Below are positions 23,439 to 33,797 of a stretch of DNA of 64,000 bases, in pieces. The notes below the pieces were generated by a model. It was given only the letters and a program-made list of their open reading frames with translations. It had not been told where the DNA came from and did no database searches. The stretch is from Fistulifera solaris. Lineage: Eukaryota. A program made the translations under genes and the position numbers. Position 1 is the first letter of the stretch, and every line of letters starts with the position of its first letter. The DNA lies in assembly GCA_030295235.1 (NCBI GenBank), contig AP026123.1, positions 2,232,001 to 2,296,000 on the forward strand, read 5' to 3'.

Positions 23439-24840
23439 ATGAAAGTCTTCTCTTTTCATTCGGAACATCCAGAGCAGCCGTTGTTGACGGAAAAGTCGTT
23501 TTCTTTGGCACTATCACCTCCACGTGCTCCTCCTCTGGGGACAGCGCATCGGAGTTTGCTGGCTTCCGCCGATGACGAAAACCTTTCAAAAAAGCCATTT
23601 GTTCTTTCCGCTTCTAAACAACAGGAAGATGTCCGAACTATTCAAGCGCTAGCTCGACTGCAACAACATTTATTTGACCAACATACGTTTCTTCGAAAAG
23701 AGGACCGACGACGACGACGACGACGTCTTCCTCATCCGCATTTGACACTGGTGGCGGCACCGGGCGATCGCTGGACCCGCTATCTGAGCACGGTATTACC
23801 GCTCCGCCTCCAAAATTACACGCGCGATTCGGGTCTCTTTCGATGGATCGTCGATCATTTGGTGCAAGCTTCGGCACCGCTCATGGCGTTGACGGCTCCT
23901 TCGAGTGCCTTGCGCGATTTTTTTGTCGTTGACGTCTATAATGCAAAAGCATGCGTACGGCAGTCATCCCATGCAATATATCGAACTGTATCTGCCGTCC
24001 GAACGTCCGGTACGAAATTTGGTCTATTTTGTTCACGGTGGTGCTTGGGGGAGTGGTGTGCCGTGGTTCTATCGTTTACTGGCGGCACCCTTTGTGTGTC
24101 GTCGCGATACGGCCGTGGCCGTCATTGGGTATCGCACCTATCCTTCGAGTCGAACGGTCGATGAACAAGTGGAAGATTGTCAACGGGCTGCCAATTATTT
24201 ACTTCAAGAGTACCCCGAATTGTGTCAGGGCATCATCACGGTAATGGGTCATTCCTCCGGGGCCCACGTCGCTCTATTGATGCTGGTGGAGCAAGCGAAC
24301 AAACGAATGCGTCAAAGGAAATTTACGGAAAGAGAGGATGCAGCCGTCGCATCTTTCAACGTCACCAACTTTGTGGGTTTGTCCGGTCCGTACGATATAT
24401 CGCATCATTTTGATTATGAAGCCGCCCGGGGCGTGGAAGAATTGTCTCCGATGAAACCCGTTTGTGGGTACAGTCGAGAAGCCTTTCGTAGGAATTCACC
24501 GCATTTGCGATTACAGCACGCTCTGGTAGATGGGGGGAACGAGTCCCTGATAGGACAGTGCATGCCTCCGCACATGGCACTCGTCCATGGCATCGAAGAC
24601 GACACTGTGCCATTCACCGCCACAGGAGAGGCAGCCCGTGTACTTCGTTCTTGCGGCATAACGTCCTGTGATGAATTGTATGTGGCAAAAACGGGTCACC
24701 AAGATGTAGTGGTGCAAATGATGGTGGGTGGGCCGACTCAAGATATGGTAATGTCGTGGATGCGAGAAAAAGAAGACGCTTCTATTGCGGGGATGTCAAC
24801 AAAGTTTGCTCCAACTCTCTTTGTACCCAGTAAACTCTGA
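23439..24840 (+). CDS. Alpha/beta hydrolase (isoprenylcysteine methylesterase-like)
   Basis: FVHGGAWGSG, YRTYP, GHSSG nucleophile elbow, GLSGPYDI, HG.ED.TVP, GH. Frameshift in a T-run near 23920. Confidence 0.85.
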
Positions 24841-24975
24841 ATACAAGGGCTAAATCAAAACATTTACAGAACTACTAAGGCATTTTACAACTTAGCATGT
24901 TATCTCGAGAAATTAGAGTGTGATTATTATTACCCGTGTTAACAGAACTTGACTTATTGCCTCCACAGAAATTGC

Positions 24976-25539
24976 TTACAACTCATCCCTTCGCTTGGCG
25001 CCATTTTGGATCAACAGTTCCTTCATCTTAATGAACGGAGCAATCTCTTCTTCAGGAATATCATCGAGATCTTCTTCCGCGAGAAGCTCTTCCAGCATAT
25101 CGAGGACAGTGACACGTTCTTTCTCATTTGTCAGCGAATCCATGAGCTGGTTGGGATCGGCACCATGCTCCAGGAGAAGCTTGGCACTTTCGTAGTGCCC
25201 TCCGAAGACGTGCCAGCTGAGAGCGTGCATTTGAATCGGACCGTCTTCCGGATCTTCAATCATGTGCGTCAACAGATTCGGATCGACTCCCAATTTCATC
25301 AAGTGCTTCGTGATTTCGATCTGCCCGTGAATTCCCGCCACATGAAGGCAGGTTTCACCATCCGCCGACGTTTCACTGGCCCAGGTGGGATTCGCGGCTA
25401 TCGCCTCTTCGACGTTCTTCAACTTTCCGTCCGAGCAATCCTCCAAAAAGTCCTGGAAGGCTTCGGAGTCGACCACGCCGAGCGCGATGCTTGTAATGGA
25501 AGCGAAAGCAAGGAGAAGCGATGCAGTTCGAAGAATCAT
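24976..25539 (-). CDS. ER-resident ankyrin-repeat protein
   Basis: Signal peptide; GETCLHVA...LGVDPN and LLLEHGADPN repeats; C-terminal RDEL. Confidence 0.85.
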   Translation of the reverse strand: MILRTASLLLAFASITSIALGVVDSEAFQDFLEDCSDGKLKNVEEAIAANPTWASETSADGETCLHVAGIHGQIEITKHLMKLGVDPNLLTHMIEDPEDGPIQMHALSWHVFGGHYESAKLLLEHGADPNQLMDSLTNEKERVTVLDMLEELLAEEDLDDIPEEEIAPFIKMKELLIQNGAKRRDEL

Positions 25540-26063
25540 GGTTGAGAAGGTGAAACAATCAGAAGGTAATGACGAAGCGAAGTGCTATGAATGATGGGGT
25601 GTTTGTGTTTGATCTCGTCGCTGAATAAAAACACGCGAAAAACGGGGCTTTATTTGGCGCGCCGCGGACCTTCGCAGTCCACACAGTTCACAGTCGTGTA
25701 TGTAAGTGTGAGTTAGTATAAGCTAAAGTGTTGTCGGGACAAAAATGTACTACGTAGCTTATTGTAAAATGAAAACCTGATCTGACCCGGGTCAGAACAC
25801 GTTGTGCTATACCCAAAGGAAATAATTTGAGTACTGGTGCGATAGATACTCCTAAAAACCCGACCTTTTTTTCAACGGATGTTGCGGTTGACCCGTTAAG
25901 AGGCAACACAACAGCACGAGATGATTGTCGAAAAAGACGATCCTATTCATGTCTTACCACGGTAGACCGTAAGCCTTGCTTCCAAGCGACATGGCTTCGT
26001 CGTCTTATACTCGTCAACCTTTTTTGAGGGAAGAGAGGCCGCTCCAGAACAAGCCGGCGGAAT

Positions 26064-27086
26064 ATGGTGATTGGTCTGGTGACACTCTCGTCCGCATCCA
26101 TGATGATACTGTCTCGCACGCATTCATCACGTCAAATGCAGTTGCAGTATTCGATACCCGATCAGCCGGATTCTCTTCATGACCTAAGAGAAAACACAAA
26201 GTTCTTCCGGGACGCGAATTCGCAAGAGTCTTTTGTAGCAGTGATGAGTCCATCGGAACGATCTATAAAGTCACCCTCTCAGCAACGAATCTCACAGAAA
26301 GTCTCGGTACGGGAATCGATAGCAAATTTCGAAAAGGATACATTTCTGAAGCGTCGAACATTACTCAATGGCCGCACAAGGAAGAAAGCCACTTCCCTTC
26401 CTACTTTTCCTGCTCCAATCAAGTTGCCGTTTCCTATTTTTGTTGCAAGCCTATTCAAAAGCGGAACAACGACTATCAATGCCTACTTTCAGTGCGGCGG
26501 GCAACGGTCTGTTCACTGGGAGACAGATGAGGGTGAACGAACCGGAAAATGTCTCTATGAAAATGTACGTGATGGCGAAGACCCGTTTGCCGGTTGTGGA
26601 GACTATGACATCTGGACCGACAATTCTTTTATTCGCGCTCCATCGCTGTGTTGGGATCCCTCTGTCACAAGCCTTGACGCGATTTATCAAGCCTATCCTA
26701 ATGCAACAATTCTCTTAGCTGTTCGCGACTCTCTGGCCTGGACCAGGAGTGTGATTCGGTGGGGAAAATTGTTTGAGCGATTAAGAACTTGTCGGAATTT
26801 GTGGCCCAACCAGCCGCAAAAGATTCTGTTAGATGTCGAAGACATTCAGGATTTCTATAAGTGGCAAATTCAGCATGTTCGAGACTTCGCAGCAGCTCAT
26901 CCATCCATGACATTTCTTGAAGTAAGTCTGGAAGACAACGCGACTGCTTCGATTCTGGAAGAGAAAATCGGTATTCCGGCTTCGTGCTGGGGTAAACACA
27001 ACGAGAATGATAAGCAGAGGTTGACAAAGGATAAGCTCGAAGCTTTGGTAAAGCTTCCTCAGCCAATTGAAGAGCTGAATTCTTAA
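26064..27086 (+). CDS. Membrane-anchored sulfotransferase-like P-loop protein
   Basis: PIFVASLFKSGTTT, YPNATILLAVRD..AW..S, CWGKHN. Start codon uncertain. Confidence 0.65.
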   Translation: MVIGLVTLSSASMMILSRTHSSRQMQLQYSIPDQPDSLHDLRENTKFFRDANSQESFVAVMSPSERSIKSPSQQRISQKVSVRESIANFEKDTFLKRRTLLNGRTRKKATSLPTFPAPIKLPFPIFVASLFKSGTTTINAYFQCGGQRSVHWETDEGERTGKCLYENVRDGEDPFAGCGDYDIWTDNSFIRAPSLCWDPSVTSLDAIYQAYPNATILLAVRDSLAWTRSVIRWGKLFERLRTCRNLWPNQPQKILLDVEDIQDFYKWQIQHVRDFAAAHPSMTFLEVSLEDNATASILEEKIGIPASCWGKHNENDKQRLTKDKLEALVKLPQPIEELNS

Positions 27087-27223
27087 CATTGACTCTACAT
27101 TAGCTAACATAATGTGACGATGCAGCTAACTTTGATGTAAAAATACTCTAAGTTTCATACGCAAAGCCTCTAATTATCAACAAAATCTTTTTTCCCGCAT
27201 AAGTGCATAACTGGTCGTTCTCA

Positions 27224-27284
27224 AAATATGTTTCTCAACAGCAGCCTGGCCGTAGCAGTTTGTTGCTGTGTCATTCGCATATCT
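27224..27284 (-). promoter_or_regulatory. SECIS-like element 2 (type II-like)
   Basis: Transcript AGAUAUG-CGA-AUGA-C-ACAGCAAC-AAA-CUG...CAG-GCUGCUGU-U-GA-GAAA-CAUAUUU. Shows helix I, an AUGA/GA core, helix II, unpaired AAA and an apical mini-stem. Helix II is slightly short. Confidence 0.65.
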
Positions 27285-27421
27285 GGGGAACACCATTCAT
27301 GGCGCTGAGTTTGTCCTGGTAACGACTTTAATTGCAGCTTACATTGTGATTCAGTCGATTGTCCTTTTTTTCTAAATACGAGTATAGCAGCGCAACCGTC
27401 ACAATTTTTCTCATCCAGAGC

Positions 27422-27472
27422 TGCTTTCAATAGCAATACCATGGTCAAAGGCCTTCGCTATGTCATTCGCAT
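27422..27472 (-). promoter_or_regulatory. SECIS-like element 1 (paralogous hairpin, no clear apical AA)
   Basis: UGCGA-AUGA-C-AUAGCG...UGCUAU-U-GA-AAGCA. Shares ATGCGAATGACA.AGC with element 2. Confidence 0.4.
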
Positions 27473-27541
27473 TCTTGGTTTGAGCTGTTATCGGCGATTC
27501 GCATTGCATACACTCCACATGATCCCCGTGCTTGTCTGTGA

Positions 27542-28129
27542 CTACAGCTCAGAGCTGTGTAACTGGAGGTACCTATCCGCTTTTCCCAGTTTCTCTTCAA
27601 ATGTCAGATAATTGGTTCCAAACACGTCACGGTAGTTATTTTCGAGAAAGTCCACCCCTTTGAAACGAGGTATGAATGGCTTTTCCTCGAGAACTTGCAT
27701 GACATTCTTTCGAAAGTCGTCAACGTCCTCCCTCATCTGGTGCCGGTATTCCGTACGACTCCAAATCACAACGCGTCGTTCCTTTTCTTTCTCAAAGTGT
27801 TCCGCCTTGACTTTTCGAATCTCTTCCTCCGACTTTAACTGGAATCCGAGATTTCGAATGAATTCATGGATTTCGTCTCGCTTTTCTAGATGAGACATGG
27901 GAACCGGTTCGCCTTGCTGTTCCCCATCCTGGTAGAGTGTCAATGTAGGCTTGCTGCCCGTAATGAACTCTGCCTCCAGCCCGTGATACCACTGCGCTTC
28001 CCCATCCATGAGAAAGCTCTTCAGGGCTGGCAGGCTGTTCAAGGATCACCCGGAGCATGCGACAATCTTGCCCGTCAAGGTAGAAGAGGCGAGAGCGAAA
28101 AACGAGGTCAACACGATGAATCGCAGCAT
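27542..28129 (-). CDS. Selenoprotein of the SelM/SelF (Sep15) family, 195 aa, Sec at codon 28
   Basis: MLRFIVLTSFFALASSTLTGKIVACSG-TGA(28048-28046)-SLNSLPALKSFL...G.KPTLTL...LGF...HSSEL is in one frame. CxxU follows a signal peptide. SECIS-like hairpins lie downstream. Confidence 0.88.
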
Positions 28130-28441
28130 GGTTGGACAAAAAAGTTTGGTTAAGATACAAAAAGTAAGGGGTGCCAATGACGGTGCCAATGACAAGTTGT
28201 GCGTCATGGCCGAGTAAAAAAGCGACGCATAATAAAAACCATCGCCAAAAGAAAAAAAAGAGTACATTGTGATTGTCGCACAATCAATTAGCGACTATCT
28301 ACCTAAATGTAGCACTAAGCGTGTCCTACCGGTGAAGATGATTCCATTGACTTCGCAGCTCACCCCGCCCCGCATACGGAGAAAATAAAGTTTGTATCAT
28401 AGGTGTATCAAAAAGATATTGCAACTAATTTTTTAAGGAGG

Positions 28442-31024
28442 TTAGAGCTCGTGCCCGCTCCTTTGAGTCGCATGCTGGGCTGCGACCACACTCACTGCCG
28501 CAGCTGCAACAACTACTATCGTAACAAACGCAACCTCAATGAGAACAGATGTTCCTCGCATTTCTTTGGCCTTGTTGTAGTCGTGGGTATGCCCAGTTGC
28601 GAAGTGAAGGGGAACGAAGCCAACTCTCCTATACCCTGCAGTATTGCTTCTGTGCTCATTTTCTAGACGTAAGAAACCCCAGACTGTTCGCCGAAATAAC
28701 TCAAGCATCATAGAAACAGCGGTAAGATAAGCCGGAAGGGCGAATGCGGCACCTGATTCTGGTGGAACCAAAGTCAAAACCCAAGCAAAGCGTAGAACCA
28801 AGTCCAACCCGATAATTACAAAGTAGAGCTTTCTGCGTGGATACATCAGTCTGGGGCCTAGAAAACGAAATTCTGGGCGTCCTAGACTGTAAAAGCAAGA
28901 GAACAAGTGAATGAGAGGCGGGCTGTCATATGGAACCCTTCAAATCTCATTATAATGATACGTACCCCCAATCCATGTAGACGTCCCAGAAAAAGGAATA
29001 GAGAGATGATGAAACGAATGCACACGTCCAAAAGAGCTGAAACAAAGCCGATTCGTGTTTGTTCGTCATATAGAGGGGATGAAACGCGCCAAATAAAGTC
29101 ACTGTCTGCGTAAGTGCGTATTTGAAAGCATTTGCGAGATGTGGAAATCGATTGCCGGTGTCCATGTATCGTCGGAGACATTGATTGAAGCGAAACCACA
29201 GTGGCGCAAGTGTCAGAAGAGGAATCAAAATTTGCTTGTACCAACTCGCATGAGACCATGTGTGATTCGTAGCACGCTTACTGTCCTCTGAAATTAGAAA
29301 GTCACCAGAGAGCATGAAGCCAGTAGTCCAGGCCAGATCTTGAAAGACTTTGACCATACTTGTGAATATATCACCGATGTAGCTGTGATAAAATGCTGGC
29401 GAGGTCATCGGTGCTGTGATGACTTCCCAAATGGTCGTCCACATGGGGATTCTCAATTGTAGTGGGAAAATAAGACGATACAACGCGTAACAAACTGCTA
29501 TCGCAGGAAAAATACCAGCGGGAAAGTTTCCAGGTATATCGTGAACGCCAGCTTTGTAGTAAAGAAGCATTGTTATGAGATAGAACAAGGTATCGTCAAC
29601 GGAATCATTGAAAATCGCAATCGGACTTCGTACTAAATGTGGGTCAAGGTCCATAATGTAGATGTAATTGACACGGTAACGCGTCCACACCCATACGCTG
29701 GCGCCCCAGAACCACTGAACAAGAAGCAAGCCGAAGAATCCACGAAACACAGGAAAAGCAGTTCGTCCTCCTATTGTGGTCGAGCCATTCTGAAGCATTC
29801 CCCAGATACAATCCCAGCAAACCCATAGAGCTAAGACTGAACACATGCCCATTCTATAACCGAGTCGAAGTTGAGACCAATCCATTTGTAAACCATCTCC
29901 TTTCTTGGGCAGCATTTGAGCACGGGCTTCATTAATATCGCGGTCGCAAAACCAGTTGGCGAAAAGAAACTCTAAGCGGTTTGCAAATCCTTCAACATCC
30001 TTCCCGCCATTGCAGATCGTGTCAGAAGTAACAACTTTTTGAACTTTCCCTGACACTCCTTGATCGTCTTGTCGTACTTCTTCACAATTTTGACAAACCC
30101 AGTATAATTCATGATGGAGAAATTATGAAGAAGCTTGGCTGTTCGATATTCATCTATTAGTGCCCGCTTGATGGATTGTGCTTCCTTCATTTTTCGCGCG
30201 TCTTCTGGGTTGGCGTTACGATCAATTATATCTTCGTCCTCGTCTCCAAGCAACCGTTGTGTAGAATCTTCGTTCGAATCGTAAGACTTCCTTGAACCAG
30301 TTAGCCTTCTTCTGACAGCCGCAGCGAGGTTCTCCATAGTGTGAGCATTCAAACTTAAGATGGAGCTCTCGCCCTTTCGCTGGGTGATCAAGGGGGTTAA
30401 ATCGGAATCTGAAACACTATCTGCGTTCTGTCCACGGGCCACTTTGACGGATTCCTTAAGAAAGATAAGGCGCTCTTCTAGCTCTTTCATCTTACTAGAG
30501 TAAAAGTCGTTCACTCGCTTGATCTCTTCGTCTAGTGCTTCGTCGAACTCGTTTGCAGTCCCTGAAGCTTCCTTCAATGCATCGCGAAACTGCCGTTCGA
30601 AGGAACGCGAAAAATAGTCGGAAACTCCGCTGAACGCACGAGTCAGAGCGCTTTCACTGCCGTAGCTGGAGTAACGGCCGGACGACTCATCTGGACTCGT
30701 CCCCAAAGGATGAAACAAACTCGAAAGTTCAGAGGTCGGCTCGTGATGGCTATCTTCACTTATTTTATTCAACGGATTCACTGATGAAGTCGGCTCACTT
30801 AATTGAGGAAGATTCACTGACGATTGATGAGGTGTAGACAGTCCTGATTCTACTGCTTTTCTTATGGTTGCTGCTTCGTCCGGTCGTTTCTCTTCTAAAT
30901 CCGCACATTTTTGTCGAGCTTCTTTGCACTTTTTTAGGATCTTTTTCAGTCTTTCGTATTGAATGTAATACTCACTCCATTCTTCAACTTTGTTGTCTTC
31001 TAGTTTCAAGCCGAACTCCACCAT
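28442..31024 (-). CDS. SPX-EXS phosphate exporter (XPR1/PHO1/SYG1 family)
   Basis: MVEFGLKL...YI.YE.LKK, NYTGFVKIVKKYDK, DIFTS, RFNQCLRRY, NAFKY, WDVYMDWG, RLENEH. Intron 28887-28965; frameshift near 30030. Confidence 0.92.
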
Positions 31025-31642
31025 CTTGGCGTAGTTTTCTATCTAATGATTTGTCCAGGTCTGAGATACGTTTGGGGTTATCTTATACCCAATATATTAT
31101 TATAAGCTGATTGATTTTGGAAGTGCACTTCATTGATTTTCTGTCTTGAATCTTGACGCTTCTCCTTGAATAGTACTGGTAGGCATCAAAAAGAGAGCAG
31201 AAAGAGAGAGGATGCGGTGCAATTTCGAGACGCGCGAGCGCGCGAGGTCAGTCGCGGTCGCGGATAAAAGCATTCGCAACTCGCGACGGTGCGACGTCCG
31301 GAATAATTAAGGGTGATAAGTGATAACGCCTGTGCGACATTTACAAGTATTTCGCGTAAATAAACCGCAATTGAAAGCAGTCTACCAGGGTACCCCCGGT
31401 TTTGTCTATGAAGCAAAAAAATAATCCATTTAGACCTAGAGCAGCTTAAATTATCTTTCCTCTGCCAGTAAAATCGATAAAAACCAGTGGGTGATCAATC
31501 AGCCTACGTTTTTTTAGTTTACGAGTATCAAGTGATTCACAAATCATTCTGACTTCGCCAAAAGAGTCGTCGAGCAACACTCGCCTAGAGTTATGCAGGC
31601 AGAAAGCCAGTAAACATTGCCACTATTATCCTTATCAGGTCT

Positions 31643-32982
31643 TTACGCTGCTAGCTTTCTGTAAGTAGTTCTACGGACAGCAGCCAAGACATCTTCGACT
31701 TGCGGAAGCGACGCATTCTCTAGGTCAACCGCATAGGGCATAGGGACATCTGCTCCGGTGACACGCTCCATAGGTGCATCCAGATAGTTGAAGGCATCCG
31801 TTTCCATCAGAATAGCAGCAATTTCCGAACAAATTCCGCACTGAGGCCATCCTTGTTCGACGCATACTACACGGCCAGTTTTCTTTGCGGATGCAATTAT
31901 AGTCTTGCGGTCGAGCGGACGAAGCGAGCGAAGGTTGATCACTTCAGCAGATATACCTTCTCCCTTCAATGCTTCGGCAGCTTCAAGACACAGGCCCACA
32001 GTCTTAGAAAATGAGATTAGAGTCACATCCGAGCCAGCAATTTCAATCTTGGCTTGTCCGATCGGAATTACAAAATCCTTGGACATTGCCTCTTCCGACA
32101 TGGGGAACGACACACCATACATGAGTTCATGCTCCAAAACCACCACTGGATTAGGGTCGCGAATTGCAGCTTTCATTAAACCCTTTGCATCTTCCGATGA
32201 GTAGGGGCTGACCACTTTCAAGCCAGGCACACTGCTGTACCAAGCCCCAAAGCACTGCGAATGCTGAGCAGCAGTACCCGCTGAGAATCCATTGGGTCCG
32301 CGGAACACAATCGGGCAAGCTAAATCGCCCGCACTCATGTAGTACTGTTTCGCAGCCGAGTTGATGACTTGATCCATCGCCTGCATAGAAAAGTTCATGG
32401 TCATAAACTCGACGATGGGGCGCAAGTCTTTGTAAGCCGCGCCGATGGCTAGACCCGTAAAACCCATTTCCGTGATGGGAGTATCAATGACACGCTTATC
32501 GCCGTACTTTTCATAAAGGCCTTTTGTCACCTTGTAGGCTCCTTGGTATTGCGCCACTTCTTCTCCGAGAATAAAGACGCTTTCGTCCCGTTCCATTTCC
32601 TCATCGATGGCCGCATTGATTGCCTCTCGAACCGCCACTTGCGTGGCGGCAGCAAACGAACGAGTTGATTTTGCAAGAGCAGAGGACTAAAAAGAGAAAA
32701 AGTATGAGCGATAAGCTTTGCTGTACAAAGACACGTTGTGAAAAAGTATCTCGACTTTGTTGAATATCGATTGAGGAAGCGTTTAAGCGGTTTGCCCTGA
32801 GCAAGCTTTAAATATATAATATAGATCGACGGTAAATCAAACAAGCCGTTTCTTTTCGATGCCTCGTGTGCATCTCTGATCAGCACAGTAACGCTGCGGT
32901 ATCCTTTCCTTCGCTTTTACTACGACCCTTTCCTTACCTTGCCTACTCGAACAAACGAGTGTCTGGAAAAATTGGACAGCAT
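31643..32982 (-). CDS. PDHB: Pyruvate dehydrogenase E1 beta subunit, mitochondrial
   Basis: [46 protein letters not shown]. Exon 1 32938-32982 ([15 protein letters not shown]). Intron 32687-32937 gives an in-frame join. Confidence 0.95.
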
Positions 32983-33797
32983 TATCGGATGAATAGCACT
33001 AGCAGGATTGAAAAACCACTTTATTATCCTCTGAGAAGATAGATAAACCGCCGAATATAAGAATGTGATACGAGTTTCTTATTATTCATTCTCGAATTCT
33101 CGACCTATTGGCGTCCTTCGGATCCGCGGTGTCCGCCGCAACACGTTTTTGTCGTTGCGCTTGGAATATTTGGAATAAGTAAAGATCGTCTTGCCGTCGG
33201 TCGTGGGAAAATCTGGTAAGTCTATGAAAAAATTCTAAGTCTCATAAAAAAAATAGAGTTCTAACGCATCAATTTTATTTGTCTAGCTATTAACAATGTT
33301 CTGATAAAAATTGTCGGAGATTTGAACCATACTTCGTCGGAAAGCCCTTACTGCGTTCAAAGTTTGCAAAGCAAGGTCAACCTAATAAACAACCTGTCGA
33401 ATGAAAAGACTAGGTGTCAGTATGAAACAAACAACGAATTCGGCGAATAGTATATCAGAAAAGCTCGACACATCCATCCGATTCGGTCTCTTTCGCCATC
33501 TTATAGAAAGTCCGCGAATGTAGTTAAAAATTTGAGATCGTCATTTGGATGATAACGGAAGATTGGGAAGAGTCGCCTCCAGTGGTCAATGCAAATGAAG
33601 CATCCCTCAGATAGGTTTTATTGTACACTTTTACGTCGAATCAGCATGGCGTATTGCCTCTGACCGCCCGACGGAGCCATCATCACAGGGATTCGACGCA
33701 TTTACCACGGCGACAACATTGCTTACATTCAAACAAGCATGCAATATCACTTACGTACCATCTCCAAATATGGTTCATGGCACACCACTAAAGGATT

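Noticed and set aside
25781..25796. Palindrome TCTGACCCGGGTCAGA resembling the element B terminus
   Set aside because: Only 16 bp, with no accompanying element body or TSD.
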